From the NCBI GenBank assembly GCA_963754315.1, contig CAVWFS010000018.1, positions 480,001 to 544,000 on the forward strand: 64,000 bases of DNA. Direction: 5' to 3'. Below, in pieces: positions 1 to 11,914 of this stretch; the stretch's first letter is position 1, and each line of letters begins with the position of its first letter. The DNA is from an uncultured Candidatus Rokubacteria bacterium (GTDB taxonomy: Bacteria; Methylomirabilota; Methylomirabilia; Rokubacteriales; CSP1-6). The position numbers were made by a program, and so were the translations under genes. The notes below the pieces were generated by a model. That model had not been told where the DNA came from. It did no database searches and saw nothing but the letters and a program-made list of their open reading frames with translations.

Positions 1-32
1 CTGGACCGAGCCCTGGCCGCTCTCGGGCCCCG

Positions 33-776
33 GTGAGCGAGCTCCGAGGCAAAGTCGCCGTGGTGACGGGCGGCAGCCGCGGCATAGGGGCAGCCATTGC
101 CGCCTTGCTGGCCGAGCGTGGTGCGGCCGTGGTAGTGTCGGGCCGCGACGAGAACCGCTTGAAGGCGGCCGTGCAGGCGATGGAGGTGGAGGGGCGTTCC
201 GTGGTGGGTGTCGTGGCGGACGCCGCGCGCCGTGAGGACGCCGAGCGCCTGGTCGAGGCAGCTCGGTCCGAGTTCGGCCGGCTCGATGTCCTGGTGAACA
301 ATGCCGGGATCACGCGCGACGCGCTCCTGGTGAGAATGAAGGACGACGACTGGGACCGCGTCATGGAGATTAACCTGCGCGGAGCGTTCCTGATGACCCG
401 GGCCGCCGGCCGCGTGATGATGCGGCAGAGGAGTGGTCGCATTGTCAATATCACGTCGACGGGGGGCGTGATGGGCAATGCCGGTCAGGCCAACTACTCG
501 GCGGCCAAGGCGGGTCTCATCGGGCTCACCAAGGCCACCGCCCGGGAGCTGGCGCACTGGCAGATCCTCGTCAATGCGGTGGCGCCGGGACTCATCGAGA
601 CTGACATGGCGGCGGCTCTACCAGCCGCCGCCCGGGAAGCCCTGCTCGCTCAGATCCCGCTGGGGCGGGTGGGGACGGTGCGCGAGGTGGCCGAGATGGT
701 AGGATTCCTGGCCGGAGAAGGCTCCGCCTACGTGACGGGACAGGTGTTTCACGTCAACGGCGGCTTGTACATGTAG
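33..776 (+). CDS. fabG: 3-oxoacyl-ACP reductase
   Basis: [24 protein letters not shown] motifs; directly upstream of acpP-fabF. Confidence 0.95.
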   Translation: MSELRGKVAVVTGGSRGIGAAIAALLAERGAAVVVSGRDENRLKAAVQAMEVEGRSVVGVVADAARREDAERLVEAARSEFGRLDVLVNNAGITRDALLVRMKDDDWDRVMEINLRGAFLMTRAAGRVMMRQRSGRIVNITSTGGVMGNAGQANYSAAKAGLIGLTKATARELAHWQILVNAVAPGLIETDMAAALPAAAREALLAQIPLGRVGTVREVAEMVGFLAGEGSAYVTGQVFHVNGGLYM

Positions 777-816
777 CGAGACGTTCAGCGAATCTCTCGT
801 TGGAGGAAACGAGTTC

Positions 817-1053
817 ATGGCGAAGTCGGTCGAGGAGAAGGTGAAAGAGATCATCGTCGAGCAGCTTGGCGTCGAGGAGGATGACGTCACCCCCAACGCC
901 AAGTTCATCGAGGATCTAGGAGCGGACTCGCTGGACACGGTCGAGCTCGTCATGGCGTTGGAGGAGCACTTCGACATCCAGATCCCCGACGAGGATGCGG
1001 AGAAGATCTCCACCGTGGGCGAGGCCATCGAGTACATCAAGGAACACATGTAG
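817..1053 (+). CDS. acpP: acyl carrier protein
   Basis: [18 protein letters not shown] phosphopantetheine motif; GGAGG RBS. Confidence 0.98.
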   Translation: MAKSVEEKVKEIIVEQLGVEEDDVTPNAKFIEDLGADSLDTVELVMALEEHFDIQIPDEDAEKISTVGEAIEYIKEHM

Positions 1054-2300
1054 TGGTGGACACACGACGAGTCGTCGTCACCGGCGTCGGTGCCCTCACG
1101 CCGGTGGGGAACACGGCCGAGGAGTTTTGGTCGGCCCTCGTCGAGGGGCGGTCGGGAATCGGCGCCATCACCCGATTCGACGCCTCAGGCTATCCGACCC
1201 GTATTGCCGGCGAGATCCGCAACTTCGATCCCCTGAAGTACGTCGACAAGAAGGAGGCCCGTCGCCTCGATCCCTACCTTCACTACGCGATGGCCTGCGC
1301 CTGTATGGCGGTCGAGGACGCCAGCCTGGACACCGCGTCCGTCGACGGCGAGCGTTTCGGGGTGATGATCGGCTCAGGGATCGGGGGGATCACGACCCTC
1401 CTGGAGGGCGAGCGCACGCGCATCGAGAAGGGGTTCGATCGCGTCTCGCCTTTCGTAATTCCCATGCTCATCATCAACATGGCGTCGGGGCTGGTCTCCA
1501 TGCGTTTCGGGGCCAAGGGGCCCAACTCCTCGGTCGTGACCGCGTGCGCGACGGGCAACCACGCCATCGGTGACGCCTACCGGATCATCGCGCGCGGCGA
1601 GGCCGATGTGATGATCGCGGGAGGGGCCGAGGCCATGATCGTCCCGCTCACGGTGGCCGGCTTCTGCGCCATGAAGGCCATGTCGACCCGCAATGACGAA
1701 CCCGAGAAAGCCTCTCGACCCTTCGACGCGGGGCGGGACGGGTTTGTGTGCAGCGAGGGTGGGGGCATTCTCATCCTGGAGGCGCTCGACCACGCGCGGG
1801 GTCGCGACGTCCGTATCTACGGCGAGATCGTCGGCTACGGTATGAGCGGAGACGCTCACCACATGACCGCGCCCGATCCGGATGGGGACGGTGCCGCCAG
1901 GGCCATGCGAGCGGCCCTCCGCGACGCCCGCGTCGCACCGACCGAGGTGGGCTACATAAACGCCCACGGCACCTCGACGCCCTACAACGACAAGTTCGAG
2001 ACGCAGGCGATCAAGCGGGTCTTCGGGGAACACGCGGCGCGACTTGCGGTGTCGTCGACCAAGTCGATGACCGGTCACTTGCTGGGAGCGGCCGGCGGCA
2101 TCGAAGCCATCGCCACCCTGCTCGCCATTCACAACGGGCTGCTCCCCCCCACCATCAACTATGAGACGCCCGACCCGGAGTGCGATCTCGACTACGTACC
2201 GAACCATGCCCGGAAACAGGAGGTCGAGGTCGCGCTCTCGAATGCCTTTGGCTTCGGCGGCACCAACGCGACCCTCGTCTTCCGCAAGTTTCACGGATAG
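1053..2300 (+). CDS. fabF: 3-oxoacyl-ACP synthase II
   Basis: [30 protein letters not shown]; start GTG at 1053 or 1056. Confidence 0.97.
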   Translation: MVDTRRVVVTGVGALTPVGNTAEEFWSALVEGRSGIGAITRFDASGYPTRIAGEIRNFDPLKYVDKKEARRLDPYLHYAMACACMAVEDASLDTASVDGERFGVMIGSGIGGITTLLEGERTRIEKGFDRVSPFVIPMLIINMASGLVSMRFGAKGPNSSVVTACATGNHAIGDAYRIIARGEADVMIAGGAEAMIVPLTVAGFCAMKAMSTRNDEPEKASRPFDAGRDGFVCSEGGGILILEALDHARGRDVRIYGEIVGYGMSGDAHHMTAPDPDGDGAARAMRAALRDARVAPTEVGYINAHGTSTPYNDKFETQAIKRVFGEHAARLAVSSTKSMTGHLLGAAGGIEAIATLLAIHNGLLPPTINYETPDPECDLDYVPNHARKQEVEVALSNAFGFGGTNATLVFRKFHG

Positions 2301-2744
2301 GTGGAGCGCGCCCGTCGCGCCCACCTCGAGGAGCGCCTCGGGCACCAGTTTCGGGACGAGCGTCTGCTGGACCGCGCGCTCACCCATTCCTCGTACGCGC
2401 ACGAGTCCCCGCCCGCCCCGCACTACGAGAGTTTAGCCCTCTTGGGTGATGCCGTCCTCGGCCTCGTGGTCGCCGAATATCTGCTCGGGGTCGCACCCTC
2501 CGCCTCGGTCGGAGAGCTGACCCAGCGGCGCGCCCAGCTCGTGGCGGGGGCCACCCTCGCGCGCTGGGCACGCGAACTCGATCTGGGGGCGCTCTTGAGA
2601 CTTGGTCGTGGCGAGGACCAAACAGGAGGCCGCGCGCGCGAATCCAACTTGGCTACCGCCCTGGAGGCTGTTCTCGGCGCGGTCCACCTCGAAGGCGGAC
2701 TGCCGGCGGTGCGCACGGCAGTGGCTCGCCTCGCCCTATGGTAG
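2301..2744 (+). CDS. rnc: ribonuclease III nuclease-domain-only protein (no dsRBD)
   Basis: ALTHSS, LGDAVLGL, LGRGEDQTGGR, ALEAVLGA; canonical position after fabF; ends before the dsRBD. Confidence 0.8.
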   Translation: MERARRAHLEERLGHQFRDERLLDRALTHSSYAHESPPAPHYESLALLGDAVLGLVVAEYLLGVAPSASVGELTQRRAQLVAGATLARWARELDLGALLRLGRGEDQTGGRARESNLATALEAVLGAVHLEGGLPAVRTAVARLALW

Positions 2745-2752
2745 CCTGACTC

Positions 2753-3877
2753 ATGCGGTTCTGGTCGTCTCGGCAACGTTCGGTGGGGGGGCCCTCCGAC
2801 GAGCTTCTCCTTGTCGAGGAGATCTTGCGGCGGCACACGGAGGATCTGTTGAGCATCCGCAAGCGCGAGGTGCAGGGTCGGGTCGTGTTCTTCAAGGGTG
2901 AGCTGCTCGTAGAGCCCGCTCATGCTCTCGAGATCCTGCTCGAGCGCTTCCGGCCTCTGGGCTATACGCCGGTCCTGCGGCGTGACGGCGCGGGGATCGC
3001 GCTGGAGGCGTGGCCAGTACGCCAGGTGGCGCCGCCCTCTCGCATCGGCCTGAACGTGATCCTGTTCATGCTTACCTGTGCGACCACCTTGGTGGCCGGC
3101 TCCGGTGCTTTTCTCACCTTCGATCCCTTCCAGAATCCGACCCGGATCCTGACCGGAGTGCCTTTTGCCTTCACCTTGCTGGCCATACTGGGCACCCATG
3201 AATTCGGTCACTACTTCACCGCCCGCTACCACGGCGCCTCCGTCTCGCTGCCGTACTTCATTCCGGCCCCACCCCCATTCCTGTTCGGAACTTTGGGTGC
3301 CATCATCCGGATGGGCTCCGCGGTGCGCGATCGCAACGCGCTGTTCGATATCGCGGTGGCGGGGCCGCTGGCCGGGCTCCTGGTTGCCGTCCCAGCATTG
3401 ATGCTCGGGCTGGGATGGTCGGTGGTGGCGACGATTCCCCCGGGTGGCCACATCGTCTTCGGGGACTCGCTCCTCATGCGGCTATTCGTGTACCTCACCT
3501 TCGGGCCAATCCCGTCCGGGATGGACGTGTTCGTCCATCCGGTCGCGCTCGCGGGCTGGGTAGGGCTCTTCGTGACGGCTCTCAATCTGTTTCCGGTGGG
3601 TCAGCTGGACGGGGGACGCATCGCCTACGCGCTGTTTGGAAGTCGTCACCGGCTGGTCGGGTACTTCACGGTGGGGGGCCTGGTGGCGCTGGGACTCGTG
3701 ACCTGGTCGCCCAACTGGTTCGTGTGGGCGGCCCTGGTGTTCTTCTTCGTGGGCTTCCGTCATAGCGCCCCGCTCGATGACGTGACCCCCTTGACCCCGT
3801 CGCGCCGTCTGCTCGGCTACGTCTGCCTGGTTTTGCTCGTTGTCCTGATCCCCCCGGTTCCCGTCGAACTGGGATGA
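2753..3877 (+). CDS. site-2 protease family (M50) membrane metalloprotease
   Basis: HEFGH and NLFPVGQLDGG motifs; multiple TM segments. Confidence 0.92.
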   Translation: MRFWSSRQRSVGGPSDELLLVEEILRRHTEDLLSIRKREVQGRVVFFKGELLVEPAHALEILLERFRPLGYTPVLRRDGAGIALEAWPVRQVAPPSRIGLNVILFMLTCATTLVAGSGAFLTFDPFQNPTRILTGVPFAFTLLAILGTHEFGHYFTARYHGASVSLPYFIPAPPPFLFGTLGAIIRMGSAVRDRNALFDIAVAGPLAGLLVAVPALMLGLGWSVVATIPPGGHIVFGDSLLMRLFVYLTFGPIPSGMDVFVHPVALAGWVGLFVTALNLFPVGQLDGGRIAYALFGSRHRLVGYFTVGGLVALGLVTWSPNWFVWAALVFFFVGFRHSAPLDDVTPLTPSRRLLGYVCLVLLVVLIPPVPVELG

Positions 3878-3882
3878 TTTTA

Positions 3883-3924
3883 TTGGGGGGCCTCGAAAGG
3901 GCCCCCCAAGCCCCCCATCCGCTC
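3883..3924 (+). repeat. palindromic repeat family, copy A (short)
   Basis: TTGGGGGGCC-TCGAAAG-GGCCCCCCAA hairpin between convergent genes; same core at 19093 and 26821-26976. Confidence 0.8.
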
Positions 3925-3925
3925 A

Positions 3926-5770
<1,845 letters not shown>

Positions 5771-5797
5771 CGTGCTTGAGGGTAGCACGGCGGCCAT

Positions 5798-7061
5798 TTA
5801 GACGAGATGACTCCCGAGAGTACTCCTCAATGCGGTGGGCCCGCCGGCTCGCACCCGCACGACAAGGGCGAGTCCGACCAGGAACAGGAGGCCAACCACG
5901 AGGATGGCGGCCCGCTGATCCCCGCCGGAGACCCAGGAAACACTGCCGAACAGGAGTGGCCCCATGATAGCGCCGGCCTTTCCGACCAGCGCGTAGAATC
6001 CGAAGAATTCCGCCTCGCGACGAGCGGGGATGAGCGTGGCCATGAAGGTGCGGCTCGCCGCCTGGATGGCACCGAGACCGGTGCCGGCCAGCACCGCCAC
6101 GATCCAGAACTGCCACTTGTCCTGCACGAAGAACGCGATCACGGTGATGGCCGTCCATTGCACGAGGTTGACCGCCACCACGAGCTTGGGGCCTCGAGAG
6201 TCGATGGCCTGCGCCCAGCCCACGGACCCCACGAGCGCAGTGATCTGCACAACCAGGAAGAGACCGATGATCTCGGTGGTCGAAAACCCGAGCGTCTTCG
6301 AGGCGAACACCGCCGAGAACAGGATGATCGTGTTCACGCCGTCCTCATAGACGAGATAGGCGAGGAGGAATCGTCGCATCTGAGCCAGCGCCGGCTCGCG
6401 CGTGAGATCACGCAGGGTAGACAGCGTGTCGGCCACCCCCCGGGCCACGGCGGAGGCCAGAGGGACGGTGGAGCGGTCGTCGGCAGGCAAGACGGCAAAC
6501 GCGGGCAGGGCAAAGAGCACGTACTGGGCGGCGGCGGCCAGGAAACTGGCGTGGTAGGCGCCGGCGGACACCAACGGATAGGCGACGGCGAACGCGGCCA
6601 GGGAGCCCGCGTATCCGACAGCAAAGCCGAGGGCGGAAGTGCGCCCCATACTGTCGGCGGTGGTAATACGCGTGCAGATACGAGTTGTAGTAGACGCATG
6701 CCGACTCGAAGGCGACCACGCCGATCACGATCAGGGTGAAGCCCCACGCCAGCATGCCCGGGCCCACCGTGGCCAGGAGGGCGGTGGCCGCCACCGAGGC
6801 CAGGGTGAAGCCGATGAGGAACGCCTTGCGCACACCGGCGTGGTCGGCGACACCGCCCAGAATCGGCGCTGCCGCCGCCACCAGGACCATCGACAGGGAG
6901 CTGGCCAGCCCCCACCAGAAGTCGCCCCGTCCGTCGCGGTTGCCGACCACGACCTCCGTGTAATACACGGGGAAGATGGTGGCCACGATGATGGCCGAGA
7001 AGGCGGAGTTGGCGAAGTCATACAGCGCCCACACCAGCACCATCGGTCGCGACCAGTTCAC
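5798..7061 (-). CDS. MFS transporter, UMF1/Atg22-like family (one frameshift near 6675)
   Basis: WALYDFANSAF N-terminus in one frame and SALGFAVGYAG...EFFGFY in another; joined they give about 12 TMs. Confidence 0.8.
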
Positions 7062-7172
7062 GGCGCGCAGGATGGCACAGGGCCCTCGCTCGCGCCAGCG
7101 CCGGCTCGCCCGTCGCAGAGTCTTACCGCCGTCGGCTTGGCGAAGCCCACTCGGTGCGCTACCATCCGCGCC

Positions 7173-8526
7173 ATGTCCGGCCGGCTCACCTTGGCAACGC
7201 TCGGGTCCCTCGTCGCGCAGGACGAGGTCGACACCGTGCTCACCGTGGTGCCGGACGGCTTCGGGCGACTCATGGGCAAGCGCCTCGTCGCCCGCTTCTT
7301 TCTGGAGTCGGCGGCTCGCCATGGCCTCCACGCCTGCATCTACCTGTTCACCGTCGACATCGACATGGAGCCGCTTCCCGGGTTCACGCTGACGTCGTGG
7401 GAACGAGGTTATGGCGACATGAAGCTCGTTCCCGATCTCTCCACCCTGCGTCTGATTCCGTGGCTGCCGAGGACGGCTCTGGTGTTTTGTGACGTGTACG
7501 CCGAAGACGGTCAACCCATCGAGGAAGCGCCGCGCTGGATGTTGCGGCGGCAGGTCGAGCGCGCGGCGGCTATGGGCTACCTGGTGAAGACGGCGGCCGA
7601 GCTCGAACTCTACTGTTTCAAGGAATCGTTCGGCGAGGCGCGGAGCAAGCGCTATCACGGCCTCACGCCCGTCTCTGCCTACCTCGAGGACTATCACATC
7701 CTCCAGACCTCGCGCGAGGAAGGGCTGATCCGCGCCATCCGCAACGGGATGGAGGCGGCGGACGTGCCCGTCGAAGGCTCCAAGGGGGAGTGGGGGCGGG
7801 GACAAGAGGAGATCAATCTGCGCTACACCGACGCGCTCGAGATGGCCGACCGGACAGCGCTGTTCAAGCACGGCGCGAAGGAGATCGCCGATCAGCACGG
7901 ACGCTCGGTCACCTTCATGGCCAAGTACGACATGGGCGCCGCCGGCTCATCCTTTCACCTGCATTCGTCCCTCTGGGACAAGGGGGAAGGCGGCCCCTGT
8001 TCGCCAGGGGGGCGACCGCGCCGCTGTTCGGAGCGTGGCTGGGCGGCCAACTGCTCTCGCCCGCGAGCTCTCGTTGTTCTACGCGCCGTCGATCAACGCG
8101 TATCGACGCTATCAGGCGGGCTCCTTCGCACCGACGCGCATCGTAGCCGGGATCGACAACCGGACCTGTGGTTTCCGGCTATGCGGAGAGGGCGCGAGCT
8201 TCCGGGTCGAGAATCGCATCCCGGGTGCTGATGCCAACCCGTACCTGGCCTTCGCGGCCACCATCGCGGCCGGGCTTCACGGCATCCGGAGCAAGCTGAA
8301 GCTGCCCAAGCTCTACACGGGCAACGCGTACGAGGACACCACCCTGCCTCAGGTTCCCAAGACGTTTCGCGAGGCGCTCGCTGCCCTGGAAGGCTCCCGG
8401 TCAGCCGCGGACGCCTTTGGCAAGCGGGTCGTCGACCACTATGTACACGCGGCACGCCTCGAGCAGCAGGCCTTCGACGCGGTGGTCACGGACTGGGAAC
8501 TCATGCGCAGCTTCGAGAGGATCTAG
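7173..8526 (+). CDS. glutamine synthetase-like gamma-glutamyl-amine ligase (frameshifts near 7985 and 8055)
   Basis: GRLMGKR, AELELY, EWGRGQEEIN, TFMAK, HLHSSL, DNRTCGFR, RVENRIPGADANPY spread over three frames. Confidence 0.85.
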
Positions 8527-8529
8527 CCC

Positions 8530-9291
8530 TTGGCGCGTCTTGCCAACAAGGTCGCCTTCGTCACCGGCGGCGGCAAGGGTATCGGCCAGGCGGTGGCGAT
8601 GCTGTTTGCCGAGGAGGGTGCGCGCGTGGTGGTGGCTGACCTCGACGAGGAGGCGGCTCGAGCGACGGTCGCTCGGGTGGAGGACGCGGGGGGCGAGGGG
8701 CTGGCCGTGGTGGGAGATGTCGCCGTCGAGACAGACGTGGCCCGCATGCTCGAGCTGGCCGTGCGCCGCTTCGGAGGCCTGCACGTGCTCGACAACAATG
8801 CGGGTGTGCTCTGGAAGGATCGTGATCGCTCGGTCCTCGAGACTGACGAACGCTGGTGGGACCGGGTGATGGCCGTCAACCTCAAGTCGGTCTTCTGGGT
8901 AACCAAGCACGGGATTCCCCACCTGCAGCGGGCCGGGGGCGGCTCCATCATCATGATGGGCTCGGTATCGGCGCTGGCGGGCTTCACGCGCGCCCAGGAC
9001 GCCTACACGGCGGCCAAGGGTGCCCTCATTTCCCTCACCAAGTCCCTGGCCATCCAATTCGCTCGAGACCGGATTCGGTGCAACGTGATCCATCCCGGCA
9101 TCGTGGATACTCCGCTGCAGGCGCCCTACCTCACCGCCGCCATCCGCAAGGAGTTCGAGGCGGGAATCCCGCTCGGCCGTATCGCTCATCCGCGCGAGAT
9201 CGCCCAGGTTGCGCTGTTCCTCGCCAGTGACGAGTCGTCGTACATGACGGGCGCGGAGCTGGTCGTCGATGGTGGTTTCACGGCCGGCTAG
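8530..9291 (+). CDS. short-chain dehydrogenase/reductase
   Basis: TGGGKGIG, NNAG, YTAAK. Confidence 0.92.
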   Translation: MARLANKVAFVTGGGKGIGQAVAMLFAEEGARVVVADLDEEAARATVARVEDAGGEGLAVVGDVAVETDVARMLELAVRRFGGLHVLDNNAGVLWKDRDRSVLETDERWWDRVMAVNLKSVFWVTKHGIPHLQRAGGGSIIMMGSVSALAGFTRAQDAYTAAKGALISLTKSLAIQFARDRIRCNVIHPGIVDTPLQAPYLTAAIRKEFEAGIPLGRIAHPREIAQVALFLASDESSYMTGAELVVDGGFTAG

Positions 9292-9396
9292 GGAGTGGAA
9301 GCTGGCGAGGCGACGGATGCAGACGTGGCGTCGGCTCTCGACGCGTTATCCTAGCGGGCAGTGGCTCTTGCCCAGACTCAATGAAAGGCGAAATGC

Positions 9397-10527
9397 ATGA
9401 GCGAAGCGCGACGCTTGGAAACGCTGGCCGTCCACGCCGGACGACGTGTCGATCCGGCCACAGGAGCGGTGACGCCTGCCATCTACCCATCCACGACCTT
9501 CGAGCGTGATGCAGACGGCGGCTATCCACGCGGGCATCTCTATGCGCGCAACAGCAACCCCACACGATCGATGCTGGAGGAGTGTCTGCGCCAGCTCGAT
9601 GGCGGAGAAGCCGCGGTTGCCTTCGCCTCGGGCTCGGCAGCGACCGCCGCCGTCTTCATGGCCCTCACCCCGGGTGACCATGTGATCGCGCCGACCGACG
9701 CCTACTACGGCACCCAGCGCCTCCTGCGTGAGCAGTTCGGTCCGTGGGGATTGGAATACAGCCTGGTTGACATGACCGATCCAGGGCAAGCGGAGGCGGC
9801 GCGGCGTCCCCGCACGCGCCTCATTTGGGTGGAAACCCCCTCCAATCCCCAGTGGAAGGTGACGGATATCGCGCGGCTGGCCAGCATCGCGCACCAGGCT
9901 GGGGCCAAGTGCGTGTGCGACAACACCGTGGCCACGCCCGCGCTCCAGCGCCCGCTCAGCCTCGGAGCCGATCTGGTGATGTACGCCTCGACCAAGTTCC
10001 TCGGCGGGCATTCGGATGTCATGGGTGGGGCTCTGGTCACCCGTGAGCTCGACGACTTCTGGGCGAAGGTGGCGCGCATCCAGGTGGCAGCGGGTGCGGT
10101 GCCCTCTCCGTTCGATTGCTGGCTGGTCCTCCGCGGCCTTGCCACCTTGCCCTATCGGGTACGCGCGCATTCCGAGCATGCTCTGCAGGTGGCCCGCGTT
10201 CTCGAGCACCATGCCGCGGTGGAGGCCATACACTATCCGGGCCTGCCGAGCCATCCTGGGTATACCGTGGCTACCAAGCAGATGGCCGCATTCGGTGGGA
10301 TGCTCTCCGTCCAGGTGAAAGGCGACGCCGCCCGGGCCATGGCCGTGGCCGCCCGGCTACGCCTGTTCACGAGAGCCACGAGCTTTGGCGGCACCGAGAG
10401 CCTCGTGGAGCATCGTGCGTCCATCGAGGGCGCGGGCACCAAGACTCCGGAGAATTTGCTCCGTCTCTCGATCGGCCTCGAGCATCCCGACGACCTCATC
10501 GAGGATCTCGCGCGAGCTCTCGGGTAG
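9397..10527 (+). CDS. cystathionine gamma-synthase/lyase family PLP enzyme
   Basis: YARNSNPT, FASGSAA, WVETPSNP, STKFLGGHSD (PLP Lys), RLSIGLE. Confidence 0.92.
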   Translation: MSEARRLETLAVHAGRRVDPATGAVTPAIYPSTTFERDADGGYPRGHLYARNSNPTRSMLEECLRQLDGGEAAVAFASGSAATAAVFMALTPGDHVIAPTDAYYGTQRLLREQFGPWGLEYSLVDMTDPGQAEAARRPRTRLIWVETPSNPQWKVTDIARLASIAHQAGAKCVCDNTVATPALQRPLSLGADLVMYASTKFLGGHSDVMGGALVTRELDDFWAKVARIQVAAGAVPSPFDCWLVLRGLATLPYRVRAHSEHALQVARVLEHHAAVEAIHYPGLPSHPGYTVATKQMAAFGGMLSVQVKGDAARAMAVAARLRLFTRATSFGGTESLVEHRASIEGAGTKTPENLLRLSIGLEHPDDLIEDLARALG

Positions 10528-10545
10528 CAGGTATCCGCCGTGCCG

Positions 10546-10575
10546 TTGACACGTGGCGACGGCCACCGGTATCGT
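10546..10575 (+). promoter_or_regulatory. sigma70-type promoter
   Basis: TTGACA-18 nt-TATCGT, 9 nt before ATG 10585. Confidence 0.6.
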
Positions 10576-10584
10576 AGCTTCAGC

Positions 10585-10815
10585 ATGCCGCGCGAGCGCC
10601 CTCTTGACGCCCTCGTGAAGAAGCTCCTGCACACGATCGAGGTCTCCCTGGCCGCCACCGATGCCGCCCGGGATGCCGTGCAGGAGATTCTGCGGCGTGG
10701 GGCCGAAACGGGGATCTTCTTCGCAGGAGCGCGCGGGCGCGGCAACCCATCCTTCGAGCTGACTGCTCAGGACCGCGAATTCCTTCGGGCTGTCTCCATC
10801 AAGCCCGACCGCTGA
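10585..10815 (+). CDS. small hypothetical protein
   Basis: typical codon usage, own promoter, fills the intergenic gap; C-terminal ELTAQDREFLRAVSI. Confidence 0.65.
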   Translation: MPRERPLDALVKKLLHTIEVSLAATDAARDAVQEILRRGAETGIFFAGARGRGNPSFELTAQDREFLRAVSIKPDR

Positions 10816-10820
10816 TTCTC

Positions 10821-11057
10821 ATGCGGTTGGTTCTGATCCTAGCCTGGCTGCTGGTCGCGATCGGTATCGCGTATCTGTGGATGCGTCGTGCCCTCCCCCG
10901 CGCTCAGCCACCCGCCCTCCGCTACGATGAGCTGGTCAAAGACCCTGTGTGCAACACGTACGTCTCCCGCTCGCGGGCCGTGTCGCACAGCGACGCCACC
11001 GGACGTCACTACTTCTGCAGCGCCGAGTGCGCGCGACGCTACGCCAGCCTGGGCTGA
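10821..11057 (+). CDS. membrane-anchored YHS/TRASH domain protein
   Basis: N-terminal TM; KDPVC...HYFCSAEC. Confidence 0.8.
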   Translation: MRLVLILAWLLVAIGIAYLWMRRALPRAQPPALRYDELVKDPVCNTYVSRSRAVSHSDATGRHYFCSAECARRYASLG

Positions 11058-11095
11058 CGTCGCGGCGTCCGGACCCCTCGGGCCCGGGCGAGCCC

Positions 11096-11914
11096 ATGTG
11101 GCGCCATCCCGATCCCTATCGTGACATCGATACCCAAGCGGACCCGCTCCGCTTCGTCGAAGCACTGGAGACGCGCGGGCGCACGCCCACCCAGCGGCGC
11201 CTTCGGCGTCGGTTTCTTCGGCTGGCCGCCGTTGAGCCCGGCCACGTGGTCCTCGAGGTTGGCTGCGGAACAGGCGTGGTCTTGCGCGATCTCCTGAGCA
11301 TGGTGGGCTCCGGCGGGCGCGTGGTCGGCATCGATCCGAGCCGACTGGCCCTGCGCGCGGCGCGGATGCTCGCTCGTACGCATTCGCTGCGCTCGCGCTT
11401 GGCTCTGCGTGTCGGGGACGGGGCCCGACTGCCGTTTCGCAGCGGCCGCTTCGATCGTGCCCTCGCCATCACCGTGATGCTCCACGTGGCGGAACCGCTG
11501 GTCATCGTCAAGGAGATGACCCGCGTGGTCCGTCGGGGAGGGCGGGTGGGTCTCCAAGATCAGGACTTCGGGACGGTGGCTGTCGAGCATCCCGAGAGCG
11601 CTCTCACGGCCCGTATCCTCGACGAGGTGGCCACCCGGCTCTATCCCGAACCCTGTAGCGGGCGCCGGCTGCCGCGCTTGCTTCGGGACGCCGGCCTGGA
11701 CGATGTGCGCGTCGTGACCGATGTCTACCAGGACACGACCTTGGAGCCTTACACGAAGGGCTTTCTCGAACGTCGGGCCGAGAATGCGGTTCGCTTCCAG
11801 ATCGTCGATGCGCCTACCGCCCAGCACTGGCTCGATGGCTTCACCGATCTGGTGGCGCGCGGTGCCTTCCTGTTTACGACCAACTACTACGGAGCTACCG
11901 GGAGGAAACCCTGA
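11096..11914 (+). CDS. class I SAM-dependent methyltransferase
   Basis: VLEVGCGTG, VVGIDPS, GDGARLPF. Confidence 0.88.
   Translation: MWRHPDPYRDIDTQADPLRFVEALETRGRTPTQRRLRRRFLRLAAVEPGHVVLEVGCGTGVVLRDLLSMVGSGGRVVGIDPSRLALRAARMLARTHSLRSRLALRVGDGARLPFRSGRFDRALAITVMLHVAEPLVIVKEMTRVVRRGGRVGLQDQDFGTVAVEHPESALTARILDEVATRLYPEPCSGRRLPRLLRDAGLDDVRVVTDVYQDTTLEPYTKGFLERRAENAVRFQIVDAPTAQHWLDGFTDLVARGAFLFTTNYYGATGRKP

Noticed and set aside
9292..9396. SAM or cobalamin riboswitch upstream of methionine genes
   Set aside because: Only a short hairpin; no recognisable SAM-I or B12-box consensus here or before 5770 and 16783.
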